Program-made: the position numbers and the translations under genes
Notes under the pieces: generated by a model
Seen by the model: the letters and a program-made list of their open reading frames with translations, nothing else
Told to the model about the DNA's origin: nothing
Database searches by the model: none
Part shown: positions 36,391 through 46,152 of the stretch, one piece after another
Layout: each line of letters begins with the position of its first letter
Numbering within the stretch: the first letter of the stretch is position 1
Assembly (NCBI GenBank): GCA_017481565.1
Contig: JAFUOZ010000041.1
Coordinates: 12,351 to 76,350 of the forward strand
DNA from: Oscillospiraceae bacterium
Lineage (GTDB): Bacteria; Bacillota; Clostridia; Oscillospirales; Ruminococcaceae
Direction of reading: 5' to 3'
Length of the DNA: 64,000 nucleotides

Positions 36391-37686
36391 ATGAAGCTTA
36401 CAAGAATTATCGCAGGAGCTGCCGCTTCAGTTATGCTTGCGGCTATGCTTACAGCCTGCGGAGGAGACAGTGCCGATACACCGAAGGAAACTGAAGCGGC
36501 TGCCGCAGCAGAAACTACTGCACCTGCCGAGCCTGTTGTACACGCACCTCCCACATCGGCGGCAGCACCTACTGAGCCTGTTGATATCAGTGCAGGTGTT
36601 ACCGACGCTATGTATGAAAGAGCTCTGCTCAATGAGGGCGGCCTTGAAAGACTTGCGGCTGCTATGAGAAAGGCTCAGAAGGGTGAGCCTGTTACCGTGG
36701 GCGTTATAGGCGGTTCTATCACACAGGGCTCACTGGCTTCAAATCAGTCCCTTTGCTATGGCTCACTGTTCTTTCAGTGGTGGCAGGAGAAATTCCCCGA
36801 TTGTCAGATAAATACAGTGAACGCAGGCATTGGAGGAACCAATTCATATCTTGGCGTAAACAGAGTTGATGAGCAGCTTCTGTCCTACGATCCCGATGTT
36901 GTCATTGTTGAGTTTTCGGTAAATGATACCGATAAGGTAATGAATAAATATTCCTATGACAGCCTTGTAAGAAAAATCCTTTCCCATGAGACAAATCCTG
37001 CGGTAATGCTTCTGTTTACCACTCAGGAGGACGGAACAAGCTTACAGGAAACTCATAAGGAGATAGGTACAGCGTATGATCTGCCTATGCTTAGCTATCG
37101 TGAGATCGTATATCCTGAGGTAAAGGCAGGAACTCTTGACTGGAAGGAGATATCTCCCGATAATATCCACCCCAATGATGTGGGTCACGGCTTTATCGGA
37201 CAGATGCTTTCACGTTATCTTGATGAGGTCTATGATAAGCTTGATACCATATCCGAAGAGGTAGCTGCTTTTGATGCAAAGGCTTATACATCGGATTATT
37301 ATAAGAATGCAAAGATGTATTTCCCTTCAACTCTTCAGGTGACTATGGAGGGCTTTGCGGCAGGCTCAAACAAGGTATATCCCGATAAGTTCCCTGAGAA
37401 CTGGGTGGCTGAGGCAGGCGGCACCATGTCCTTTGAAACTGAATGTCAGACCCTTGGTATCTTCTATCTTAAGACCACCGACGGCAAGGGCGGCGAGTAT
37501 GAGGTATATGTTGACGGAGAGCGTAAGGCTACCATCAATTCCGATTTTACCGGCGGCTGGGGCAATTACGGCGAAACAAAGCCTGTATTTATTGATATGG
37601 AGACTGCAAAGCATTCTGTTGAGATAAAGCCTGCGGCAGGCAGCGAGGATAAGGCTATGACTATTCTCGGTGTTATGCTCAGCTGA
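36391..37686 (+). CDS. lipoprotein SGNH/GDSL esterase
   Basis: Lipobox LTAC at residues 20-23. Pro/Ala/Thr linker. SGNH blocks VGVIGGSITQG, GIGGTNS, FSVNDT, DNIHPND. A C-terminal beta-rich domain. Confidence 0.85.
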   Translation: MKLTRIIAGAAASVMLAAMLTACGGDSADTPKETEAAAAAETTAPAEPVVHAPPTSAAAPTEPVDISAGVTDAMYERALLNEGGLERLAAAMRKAQKGEPVTVGVIGGSITQGSLASNQSLCYGSLFFQWWQEKFPDCQINTVNAGIGGTNSYLGVNRVDEQLLSYDPDVVIVEFSVNDTDKVMNKYSYDSLVRKILSHETNPAVMLLFTTQEDGTSLQETHKEIGTAYDLPMLSYREIVYPEVKAGTLDWKEISPDNIHPNDVGHGFIGQMLSRYLDEVYDKLDTISEEVAAFDAKAYTSDYYKNAKMYFPSTLQVTMEGFAAGSNKVYPDKFPENWVAEAGGTMSFETECQTLGIFYLKTTDGKGGEYEVYVDGERKATINSDFTGGWGNYGETKPVFIDMETAKHSVEIKPAAGSEDKAMTILGVMLS

Positions 37687-37717
37687 TTGTTAATGTTATA
37701 TAATATCTGATATAATA

Positions 37718-37752
37718 AAAATCTGCTGTACGTGTGTACGGCAGATTTTTTT
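37718..37752. terminator. bidirectional rho-independent terminator
   Basis: AAAAATCTGCTGTACG-TGT-GTACGGCAGATTTTTTT. Confidence 0.85.
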
Positions 37753-37759
37753 AGTAGGT

Positions 37760-37806
37760 GCTGATCAAATCGTTTGCTTAAGGAAATGATTTGATCAGCG
37801 TTTTTT
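37760..37806 (+). repeat. 12-bp perfect-stem hairpin whose arms match the arms of the 118-bp palindrome family
   Basis: GCTGATCAAATC (37760-37771) / GATTTGATCAGC (37788-37799). The loop contains CTTAAGGAAA. A T7 run follows. Confidence 0.5.
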
Positions 37807-38285
37807 TAACACCAATTTCCCGTTTCGGGTATAATATCGGGAGTGATCCAGTTAAGAGCGGGACTTTTTTCTCCCTTTGCAATAAAATATCCGATACCCT
37901 TCCATGCAAGACGGGGCGGCAATAGCAGACCCTTTGATACAAAAAGCTCACAGTATATATCCACTGTTTTATCAAGCTGTGTTTCGTCATAAAGCGCAGG
38001 ATAGCATCGCGGAAGTCTTGTATTTACCCTTTCTTTATTGATATTCCCTACAACAGCGTCGTAATATTCATTGTAGGACAGATATAAGCCAAGCTCCTCA
38101 TAAAAACCCACAAAAAGATATTTTGTATTGATATCATTTTCAAACAGATCAAAAACACAGGAACAGTTTCCCTGTTTCCAATAATCGGGGAATCCGTTTA
38201 TAAGCTCATCGTATAACTGAGGGATATCCGCCGTGGATATTTCTCTTTTTCTGCTGTTCGGACCGCTGAATATTATTTTTCTCAT
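37806..38285 (-). CDS. hypothetical small cytoplasmic protein (immunity-protein-like; unverified)
   Basis: 159 aa from ATG 38285 (MRKIIFSG...). Ends ..AWKGIGYFIAKGEKSPALNWITPDIIPETGNWC. No TM segment or signal peptide. Confidence 0.6.
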   Translation of the reverse strand: MRKIIFSGPNSRKREISTADIPQLYDELINGFPDYWKQGNCSCVFDLFENDINTKYLFVGFYEELGLYLSYNEYYDAVVGNINKERVNTRLPRCYPALYDETQLDKTVDIYCELFVSKGLLLPPRLAWKGIGYFIAKGEKSPALNWITPDIIPETGNWC

Positions 38286-38376
38286 AGGTACGTCCTTTCT
38301 GTAATAAAATAGTGCCGCACAGACATGAAGGTCATGCGGCACCATGAGACAAAATCTCGGATTTCAGATTTAAGGA

Positions 38377-39522
38377 TTATTTTCTCACCAGCTCGGGATG
38401 CTGCTTTTTTATCTCTGTCTTGTTAAGATACATAAGATTATCAGCTTCATCATAGATATCCTTCCATTTCTCCGAATATACCCCCGATGCATAGCCCATA
38501 GCAATACTTAGGGTTATGGAAAGACCCTTGTAATTATCGCAGGCGGTGCGGACATTCTCTATTTCCGCAAGAACGGTCTCATCGGAGGGAGAAATGTATA
38601 TCGCCGCAAATTCGTCGCCGCCTACTCTGTATACGCTTTGTGCGCCCTTAAGATTATCGGTGAGAACTTGGGCAGCTGCCGCTAAGAGACGGTCACCCTC
38701 GGTATGCCCGATAGTATCGTTTACCAGCTTAAGACCGTTCATATCGCATACCACAAAGCCGATGTTTACGGAACGTTTTTTGCGGCAGTGCTTTCTGCCT
38801 ATATCGGAAAGCTCCTTATTGAAGCCGTTACGGTTTCTTATGTTCAGTGTGCTGTCCCAATAAGCCTGTTCCATGTATTTTTCCAGACGGTTATCCATAT
38901 ATATGAAAAGACCGATGCATACCATGGTAACTCCGCCGCCTGTCATAAGAAGCTCGGGGATAAGCGCCTGAGTGAGTATCATCGTAAACATAAGTATCAT
39001 CATAGGAATGACTGAAAGTCTCGCCTTAAGCTCCAGCTTTCTGCCGTTTATCAGCACAAGGGCAAGTCCTGTCAGGCAGTATATCGCAAATATTCCGTAG
39101 CCTGCAAAAACCAGAGGACCGAAGCTGTAATTTGTACCGTTTCCCGAAACATATTCCATGGGAAGTACGGAGGAAATAATAAGGTAAATTGTAAGTGGTA
39201 TAAAGCCCGTATATTTCAGCAGCTTTACAGTTCTGTTAGGGAGAGTAAGTACCGCTACATAATTGAAAAATGACATTATGAATACAATTCCTGTGATATA
39301 GTATACTATATGCAATATTCTGTTTGCAATATCGGGGACTGTATCCATATTATTGACAGTTACTACAGTTGTCAGGTCCATGATGACATGGGCAAGACCG
39401 GGCATTGCTATCCGCAGAAACTGATTCTGCTTGTTTGCACCGTTATAATATGCGTTGTACGAAATGAGAAAGATCAGTATGGAAAGGCATACTATTTCTT
39501 CACGTATTAATAACAGAGTCAT
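38377..39522 (-). CDS. membrane-anchored diguanylate cyclase (multi-TM N-terminus plus GGDEF)
   Basis: About 6-7 TM helices, then RNRNGFNKEL..., DMNGLKLVNDTIGHTEGD and an intact RVGGDEFAAI. Confidence 0.9.
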   Translation of the reverse strand: MTLLLIREEIVCLSILIFLISYNAYYNGANKQNQFLRIAMPGLAHVIMDLTTVVTVNNMDTVPDIANRILHIVYYITGIVFIMSFFNYVAVLTLPNRTVKLLKYTGFIPLTIYLIISSVLPMEYVSGNGTNYSFGPLVFAGYGIFAIYCLTGLALVLINGRKLELKARLSVIPMMILMFTMILTQALIPELLMTGGGVTMVCIGLFIYMDNRLEKYMEQAYWDSTLNIRNRNGFNKELSDIGRKHCRKKRSVNIGFVVCDMNGLKLVNDTIGHTEGDRLLAAAAQVLTDNLKGAQSVYRVGGDEFAAIYISPSDETVLAEIENVRTACDNYKGLSITLSIAMGYASGVYSEKWKDIYDEADNLMYLNKTEIKKQHPELVRK

Positions 39523-39608
39523 AATTTATCACCCTTGACAAAATATATACAATATAATTATAACATATAATCGCCCCATTGTCAAAGGATTTTTGCAAAA
39601 AAATTAAA

Positions 39609-39923
39609 TCATTTTTTATTGAAGCGGTGCATCAGTTCGAGAAGGAGACGTCTGTCCTTTTCGTTCATTTCCTTAAGCTCGGATATGATATTTTCCTGAA
39701 GAAAGGGGTCGTCCACAGTGTCATCAAAAAAGTCTCTGGGGGTTATGTCAAGATATTCGCATATGGCGATAAATTCGGTCATTGAAGGGAGTGCACGTCC
39801 TGAGGATATGCTTTGTATGTAGCTTTTGCTGTGTCCCAGGTCAAGGCTCATTTTATATTCGGAAATGTCTCTTTTTATTCTGAGCTGGGTTATTCGTGTT
39901 CGGATAAAATCTTCATACTGCAT
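39609..39923 (-). CDS. XRE-family helix-turn-helix transcriptional regulator
   Basis: IRTRITQLRIKRDISEYKMSLDLGHSKSYIQSISSGRALPSMTEFIAICEYLDITPRDFF. ATG at 39923. Confidence 0.88.
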   Translation of the reverse strand: MQYEDFIRTRITQLRIKRDISEYKMSLDLGHSKSYIQSISSGRALPSMTEFIAICEYLDITPRDFFDDTVDDPFLQENIISELKEMNEKDRRLLLELMHRFNKK

Positions 39924-40220
39924 CGTTAATACCACCTGTGTACTATATATATACTGCTATTATTTATTTTAGTATATTTTTATCCTTTACATTACCGATT
40001 TGTTCGTGAATTATGCTTGACATATAACGATAGAATCAGTTATAATATAAAAAGCAGCGATTGTTTGGCATATATGCTGTAAAAAATGAATTATTGGTAT
40101 GTGATTATTCAGCGAAAACGGAAAACTCAATAGTGACGTTGATAAATTATTGAGGTTTGTATATAAATAACAAAAAATGTTTGCGTTATGTACAATAATG
40201 CATAAAATTTCAAAAAAATG

Positions 40221-40249
40221 TTGCAGTTTGCATATATGTGTGATATAAT
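40221..40249 (+). promoter_or_regulatory. candidate promoter with extended -10 for the PAS-GGDEF gene
   Basis: TTGCAG, 17-nt spacer ending in TGA, TATAAT (40244-40249). A second TTGACA-18-TATAAT pair lies at 40016-40045. Confidence 0.5.
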
Positions 40250-40287
40250 GCTATTACGATAAAGTGTTTGAAAGGCGGTAACTTTCA

Positions 40288-41931
40288 ATGTATAATTGCC
40301 TGATAAATATAAATATATCCGACAGCAGCGGCAGGCTGGAAAGGGTGCTTTCAAAGGCAGTTCCTCCCGAGGACTGTCAGCTTGTTTTTTCGGATAATGC
40401 TGTTAAGGAAGTGCCTATCAATTCCGAAGGCATCGATTACGCCGCTCAAAAATCCGTCAGTGAGAGGGGCAATAACCGATTTGATCAGCAGTTCCTTAAT
40501 ACTCCCGATTCGGTCATTATATACGGCTCGGCTGAGGACTGGCGCAGCAATAAGACAGAGTGCGCATATTCGGTGCTTGCAGCAGGTGAGGATATCCCCG
40601 ATGATATTGACCTTGCCGTATTTGATGATGTATGGCTTCTCCCCGAAAATGAAAAGCTTTATGACAGACTTCTGATGTCATATTTCAATAATTTTATCGG
40701 TAACGTAAAGGAACGCTTTGATCATCGTATGCTTAAAATATGCTTTGATACTGCGGCGGACAGTGTTCCCGACCTGATGTGGTTCAAGGATATGAAGGGC
40801 GCTCACCTTATGGTGAATGACGCATTCTGCAAGGCTGTTGAAAAAACAAAGCAGCAGATCTATAAGCAGGGGCATTATTATATCTGGGATATTCCTCAGG
40901 AGGAGTATGAACAGGGCGATTATGTCTGTCTGGAGTCGGAACAGGTGGTCATAGACGCAGGAAAGACCGTGCTGCTTGATGAAAATGTAAAGACAAAGGC
41001 AGGAATGAAGCAATTCAAGACCTATAAATCACCATTATGTGACATTGACGGCAGAGTTTTCGGCACTTGCGGAGTTGCAAGAGATGTTACAGACCTGCAT
41101 AAGATAAACAGCGAGCTTACCGTTATGCTTGAAAGCATACCCTTTGCGGTAATGATAGAGGACAGCGAGGGCAATCTTGTAAGCTCAAATATCATATTCA
41201 AGAATTATTTCCCCGATATTGCCGACTTTGAGGGCAGAGACTGCACCGAATGGAAAACGGTGGTTCTGGAGCAGTCGGAAAACAGCGAGATAAGTATTGA
41301 GCATAACGGAGATATGCATATCCTGAAATTTATGGAAAATACCATAAACGATTCCTTCGGCGAGGTGATCGGAAACATTACAATTTTCCATGATATAACC
41401 GCTGAAAGAAATTATCAGAAGCAGACACTTAAGCATGCAAACACTGACTTCCTGACAGGTCTTCATAACCGCAGGAGCCTGTTTGCGCAGCTGAGCTGGC
41501 TCAGGACATCTCCTTATCTTTCCATGATAACCATTGACCTTGATAATTTCAAGAAGGTAAATGATACATTCGGTCATAAGGCGGGAGACAAGGCACTTAT
41601 CGAGACATCACATATAATCAGTGAGACCTTCAGTGATGATTTTACCGCACGGCTGGGCGGAGATGAATTTTTAGTTGTTATCAGCCGTAAGGTCAGCATG
41701 GAGCAGCTTAAGGAGCAGACGCAGAAAATGCTTGATACCATGCTGGAGCATTTCAACAGCAATGCTGAATTCAAGGTGCTTACCGCAAGCGCAGGCATTG
41801 TTTTGGAAAAATGTCCTCCGTCGGGGGTGCATAATGCGGAGTCGCTTATGCATAAGAGCGACAGCGCACTTTATCATGCAAAGAACAAGGGCAAGGCGTG
41901 CTTTGTTGTTTATGATGAGATAAAGAAATAG
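40288..41931 (+). CDS. cytoplasmic diguanylate cyclase (N-terminal domain, 2 PAS-like, GGDEF)
   Basis: Intact RLGGDEFLVV. NTDFLTGLHNRRSL, DLDNFKKVNDTFGHKAGD. The start at 40288 is supported by the promoter above and GAAAGGCGG 10 nt upstream. Confidence 0.9.
   Translation: MYNCLININISDSSGRLERVLSKAVPPEDCQLVFSDNAVKEVPINSEGIDYAAQKSVSERGNNRFDQQFLNTPDSVIIYGSAEDWRSNKTECAYSVLAAGEDIPDDIDLAVFDDVWLLPENEKLYDRLLMSYFNNFIGNVKERFDHRMLKICFDTAADSVPDLMWFKDMKGAHLMVNDAFCKAVEKTKQQIYKQGHYYIWDIPQEEYEQGDYVCLESEQVVIDAGKTVLLDENVKTKAGMKQFKTYKSPLCDIDGRVFGTCGVARDVTDLHKINSELTVMLESIPFAVMIEDSEGNLVSSNIIFKNYFPDIADFEGRDCTEWKTVVLEQSENSEISIEHNGDMHILKFMENTINDSFGEVIGNITIFHDITAERNYQKQTLKHANTDFLTGLHNRRSLFAQLSWLRTSPYLSMITIDLDNFKKVNDTFGHKAGDKALIETSHIISETFSDDFTARLGGDEFLVVISRKVSMEQLKEQTQKMLDTMLEHFNSNAEFKVLTASAGIVLEKCPPSGVHNAESLMHKSDSALYHAKNKGKACFVVYDEIKK
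40403..40499 (+). repeat. degraded copy D of the palindrome element, lying in frame inside the GGDEF gene
   Basis: TTAAGGAA...GGCATCGATTACGCCGCTC...GAGAGGGGCAATAACCGATTTGATCAGCAGTTCCTTAA aligns with copy A. The central hairpin is deleted. Read as KEVPINSEGIDYAAQKSVSERGNNRFDQQFLN. Confidence 0.65.
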
Positions 41932-41950
41932 AATACAGATAAAGGGGCAA

Positions 41951-41981
41951 GAGATTTTTACTCTTGCCCCTTGGCTGTTGT
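41951..41981. terminator. bidirectional terminator between the GGDEF gene (+) and aroE (-)
   Basis: AAGGGGCAAGAG / CTCTTGCCCCTT 12-bp stem. Confidence 0.8.
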
Positions 41982-41992
41982 CATGATATTTT

Positions 41993-42832
41993 TTACTTAT
42001 TTTCCATAAGCTTATGCATATCTGCGATAAGCTCTTCGATATCGGCCTCATCATAAGATGAGCCGTCCCAGTATTCATGGGCAACGACAGCCTGCCATAC
42101 CAGCATAGCCATACCGCCTGCTGTCCTTATGCCGTTATCCATGGCGATCTGCATGAGCTTTGTGGTCTGAGGATTATAGATAACATCAAACACAAAGCCG
42201 CAGTTCTTTATGACCTGCTCGGAAACGGGGCAAGCATCGACCTTGGGGAACATTCCCACAGGGGATGCATTTACAAGAATATCATAGCTTCCTGTGATCT
42301 CATCTGCATATACGGTTTTTATAACTGCGGAGTCATAGCCGTTTTCCCTTGCATATTCTCTTACAGGGTCAACCGTATCCTCAAATCCGGGAAGAACGGA
42401 GATCGTAAGCTCCGCACCGTGACGGACAGCTTCGATAGCCATCATTCTGCCGACACCGCCGCAGCCTATCTGGAGTACCTTTCCGGTAAGGTCTGCGCCT
42501 GCCGCTTCAAGTGCTCTTAAGTAACCGTCGCAGTCGGTATTGTAGCCGATATGTCTGCCGTCCTTTACGGCAACGCAGTTTACGGAATTGTATCTTTCGG
42601 CAGAGCTGTCAAGCTCATCGAGATATTTTATAATGTTTATTTTATGGGGGATTGTTATATTAAAACCCTCCAAAGCCATAAGCTCGGGTATTCTTGCTTC
42701 AAGCTCCTCTTCGGGTATCTCCTTTATGAGATAATCGAAATCCTCAACGCCCGAAAGCCTGAAAAGTCTTTCATGGATAGGCGGAGACATCGTATGCTTG
42801 AGAGGGTAGCCAAGAAGTCCGTAATGCTTCAT
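41993..42832 (-). CDS. aroE: shikimate dehydrogenase
   Basis: GLLGYPLKHTMSPPIHE, NITIPHK, NTDCDG, GCGGVGR. Confidence 0.92.
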   Translation of the reverse strand: MKHYGLLGYPLKHTMSPPIHERLFRLSGVEDFDYLIKEIPEEELEARIPELMALEGFNITIPHKINIIKYLDELDSSAERYNSVNCVAVKDGRHIGYNTDCDGYLRALEAAGADLTGKVLQIGCGGVGRMMAIEAVRHGAELTISVLPGFEDTVDPVREYARENGYDSAVIKTVYADEITGSYDILVNASPVGMFPKVDACPVSEQVIKNCGFVFDVIYNPQTTKLMQIAMDNGIRTAGGMAMLVWQAVVAHEYWDGSSYDEADIEELIADMHKLMENK

Positions 42833-42852
42833 TGATATCAGTCCTTTATTGA

Positions 42853-43776
42853 TTATTTTGCAGCTTCGATAAGCTTGTCAAGGGAGGCGTTATCCTCAAC
42901 ATTGAAGATCTCAACGCCCTTGAGAGTTTTCTTTACAAGTCCGGAAAGTACCTTTCCGGGTCCAAGTTCAACATATCTGTCATAGCCTGCCGCCTGCATT
43001 GCCGCAAGCTCATCTGTAAATCTTACGGGGGATACGATATGCTGCGCAAGCTTTTCGGGGATATTGTCAAAGTCGGTAAGTGCTGCGCCTGTGATGTTTG
43101 AATAGAAATCTACCTGAGGCTTTGCAAACTGTACGTCCTTTATTGCGGCGAGGAATTCATCTGCCGCAGGCTGCATCAGCTTTGAATGGAAAGCGGAGGC
43201 TACTGCAAGCTTTGCTGTACGGAAGCCCATTTCCGCAAACCTTGCGGCTGCCTTGTCAACTGCTTCCGTTTCGCCTGCAATAACGGTCTGAGCGAGAGAG
43301 TTGTAGTTTACGGGAACAACATAGCCGTCGGTTTCGGAGCATACCTGCTCAACACAGGAAAGGTCCTTGCCGATGATGGCACACATTGCGCCGCCTGCTG
43401 TTTCGGCTGCCTTCTGCATAGCCTCGGAGCGAGCCTTGATGACCCTGAAAGCGTCTGCTCTTGAAAGCATACCCGATGCAGTCATAGCCGCATATTCACC
43501 GAGAGAGTGTCCCGCAACAGCTGTAGCTTCGATACTGTTGAGCTTTGCGGCTTCAAATGCACTGAGAGATACTGCCATGATAGCAGGCTGAGCGATAACT
43601 GTCTTTGCAAGCTCTGCAGCGTCGCCGTTTGTGCATTTATCTGCAAGGTCAAAGCCGAGTATCTCGGAAGCCTCGTCAAATATTGCCTTTACCTCTGCAT
43701 ATCTGCCTATAAGCTCTGCGCCCATTCCGGGATACTGACAGCCCTGTCCTGAGAATAAAAATACTGTTTTTGCCAT
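42853..43776 (-). CDS. fabD: malonyl-CoA:ACP transacylase
   Basis: FLFSGQGCQYPGMG, active-site GHSLGEY. Confidence 0.95.
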   Translation of the reverse strand: MAKTVFLFSGQGCQYPGMGAELIGRYAEVKAIFDEASEILGFDLADKCTNGDAAELAKTVIAQPAIMAVSLSAFEAAKLNSIEATAVAGHSLGEYAAMTASGMLSRADAFRVIKARSEAMQKAAETAGGAMCAIIGKDLSCVEQVCSETDGYVVPVNYNSLAQTVIAGETEAVDKAAARFAEMGFRTAKLAVASAFHSKLMQPAADEFLAAIKDVQFAKPQVDFYSNITGAALTDFDNIPEKLAQHIVSPVRFTDELAAMQAAGYDRYVELGPGKVLSGLVKKTLKGVEIFNVEDNASLDKLIEAAK

Positions 43777-44069
43777 GATTTAAGTCCTCCATTTACTATT
43801 TGTATATTAATTAAAATAATTAACTTTCTGTATCATTAAAAAGATTTATGCTAAAGTTTCGGAAAAAAAACGAAAAATTGTTGACAAACGGGTATGGTTT
43901 ATATTAAAATATATATTGAGCTTTTATGCGGACAGGGGTATACTATATATATTATATAAAAAAACAAAATAAAATATAGCGGCAGTAAATAATACAGCGG
44001 ATAAAAGCCAAGACTTATTATAGCATATAATAAAAAAAAAAACAATATAATCGGGAGGAAAATTTTATA

Positions 44070-45065
44070 ATGGGAGTAAATATTCTGGGAACGGGTGTTT
44101 ATACGCCTTCAATTACCGTAACTAATGAGATGATGTCCAAGATCGTTGAGACAAGCGATGAGTGGATCACCACACGTACAGGTATCAGCAGCAGAAATAT
44201 GTCCAACGGTGAGCCTACATGGTATATGGGCGCAGAGGCAGCCAAGGCAGCTATTGCCGAAGCGGGAATAGACAGCAAGGATATAGGTCTTATCATTGAC
44301 GCTACTATTACAGCCGATTTCCATACACCCTCCACAGCCTGCATTATTCAGCGTGAGATCGGTGCGGTGGGCGCAGCGTGTGTTGATGTAAATGCGGCAT
44401 GCTCAGGCTTTATTTATGGATTTGATATGGCAATGCGTTATCTTATGACCGATGATACCCTTAAGTATGCGCTGGTGGTAGCAAACGAAAATCTTTCCAA
44501 GATCACAAATTTTGAGGATCGTACCACCTGTGTGCTTTTCGGTGACGGTGCTGCGGCTGTTGTTATCGAAAAGAGCGACAAGCTCTATACAAGCTGGCTT
44601 TCCGCAGACGGAACAGGCGCACAGTATCTTTACTGCAAGGGCGATCCTGCCGCAAACGCATTTATGGGCGAGGATAAGCTTTCTGTCCCCGACGGCACAG
44701 ATGAGAATATCACTCATCATTATCTTGTGCAGGACGGCAAGGAGGTTTACAAGTTCGCTACAAAGGCACTTCCCACAGCAGCAACAAAGGCAGCTGAAAA
44801 GATCGGTCTTGATATTACAGAGGTTGATTATTTTGTACCTCATCAGGCTAATGTGCGTATCCTTGAAACAGCAGCCAAGAATCTGGGCGTATCAATGGAT
44901 AAGTTCATAGTTACACTGGATCATCACGGCAATACCTCAAGCGCATCTGTGCCTATTGCTCTTGACGAGGCTATAAAGTCAGGCAAGATCAAAAGAGGCG
45001 ACAAGCTTTGTCTTGTAGGGTTCGGTGCAGGTCTTACTCTCGGTGCTGCAATTATTGAATATTGA
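44070..45065 (+). CDS. fabH: 3-oxoacyl-ACP synthase III
   Basis: AACSGF (active Cys), VPHQAN, HGNTSSAS. Confidence 0.95.
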   Translation: MGVNILGTGVYTPSITVTNEMMSKIVETSDEWITTRTGISSRNMSNGEPTWYMGAEAAKAAIAEAGIDSKDIGLIIDATITADFHTPSTACIIQREIGAVGAACVDVNAACSGFIYGFDMAMRYLMTDDTLKYALVVANENLSKITNFEDRTTCVLFGDGAAAVVIEKSDKLYTSWLSADGTGAQYLYCKGDPAANAFMGEDKLSVPDGTDENITHHYLVQDGKEVYKFATKALPTAATKAAEKIGLDITEVDYFVPHQANVRILETAAKNLGVSMDKFIVTLDHHGNTSSASVPIALDEAIKSGKIKRGDKLCLVGFGAGLTLGAAIIEY

Positions 45066-45194
45066 TTTTAATCGACATATATTTATATTGCGGCTATGAT
45101 ATAATGTATTTCATACAGGAAATACAGACGGTATATGCTTTTTTACGGATAAAGCTATACCGTGTACTTAAAAAACAATGAAAGGATAAATATT

Positions 45195-46127
45195 ATGACT
45201 AACAGAATCACAGAGCTTCTCGGAACAAGATATCCTATTCTTCAGGGCGGTATGGCGTGGATCGCCGAAAGTACACTTGCTTCCGCCGTATCTAATGCAG
45301 GCGGTGTAGGTCTTATCGCAGGCGGCAGCGCTCCCATTGATTATCTGAGAGATCAGATCCGCCGCTGCAAGGAGCTTACAGACAAGCCCTTCGGCGTAAA
45401 TATCATGCTTATGTCTCCCAATGCGGAGGATCTTGCTCAGCTTTGCATAGATGAGGGTGTAAGGGTAGTTACAACAGGCGCAGGCAACCCCGGAAAGTTT
45501 ATCCCTGCATGGAAGGACGCAGGAATAAAGGTTATCCCCGTTGTTCCTTCGGTAGCGCTTGCAAAGAGAATGGAAAGATCGGGCGCAGACGCAGTTATCG
45601 CTGAGGGTACCGAATCAGGCGGTCATATCGGCGAAAACACAACCATGTGCCTTGTTCCTCAGGTAGTTGACGCTGTAAAGATACCTGTTATCGCAGCAGG
45701 CGGAATCGCAGACGGCAGAGGCATTGCGGCTTCCTTTATGCTCGGTGCGGAGGGCGTTCAGGTAGGAACACGCTTCCTTGCTTCCGATGAAGTACAGATC
45801 AGCCCCGTTTACAAGCAGCTGGTCATCGATGCAAAGGATACAGACAATGTTGTAACAGGACGTACAACAGGTCACCCCTGCAGAAATGTTAAGACCAAGT
45901 TTGCAAAGCAGCTTGCGGCAGGTGAGATGAACGGTACTCTCACTCCCGAAAAGTTTGAGGAGATCACTCTCGGTTCACTGAGAAAGGCAGTTCAGGACGG
46001 AAATCTTGAAGAAGGCTCGTTCCTCTGCGGTCTTATTGCAGGTATGGTAAATGAGATAAAGCCCTGTCAGGCTATCATCGATGAAATGTTTGCACAGGCA
46101 GGAAAGCTGCTTAATATTGAATTTTAA
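45195..46127 (+). CDS. fabK: enoyl-ACP reductase II (FMN-dependent, nitronate-monooxygenase fold)
   Basis: YPILQGGMAWI, ESGGHIG, AAGGIADGRG. ATG at 45195. Confidence 0.88.
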   Translation: MTNRITELLGTRYPILQGGMAWIAESTLASAVSNAGGVGLIAGGSAPIDYLRDQIRRCKELTDKPFGVNIMLMSPNAEDLAQLCIDEGVRVVTTGAGNPGKFIPAWKDAGIKVIPVVPSVALAKRMERSGADAVIAEGTESGGHIGENTTMCLVPQVVDAVKIPVIAAGGIADGRGIAASFMLGAEGVQVGTRFLASDEVQISPVYKQLVIDAKDTDNVVTGRTTGHPCRNVKTKFAKQLAAGEMNGTLTPEKFEEITLGSLRKAVQDGNLEEGSFLCGLIAGMVNEIKPCQAIIDEMFAQAGKLLNIEF

Positions 46128-46152
46128 TCATATAATATAGGAGTATAGAAAA

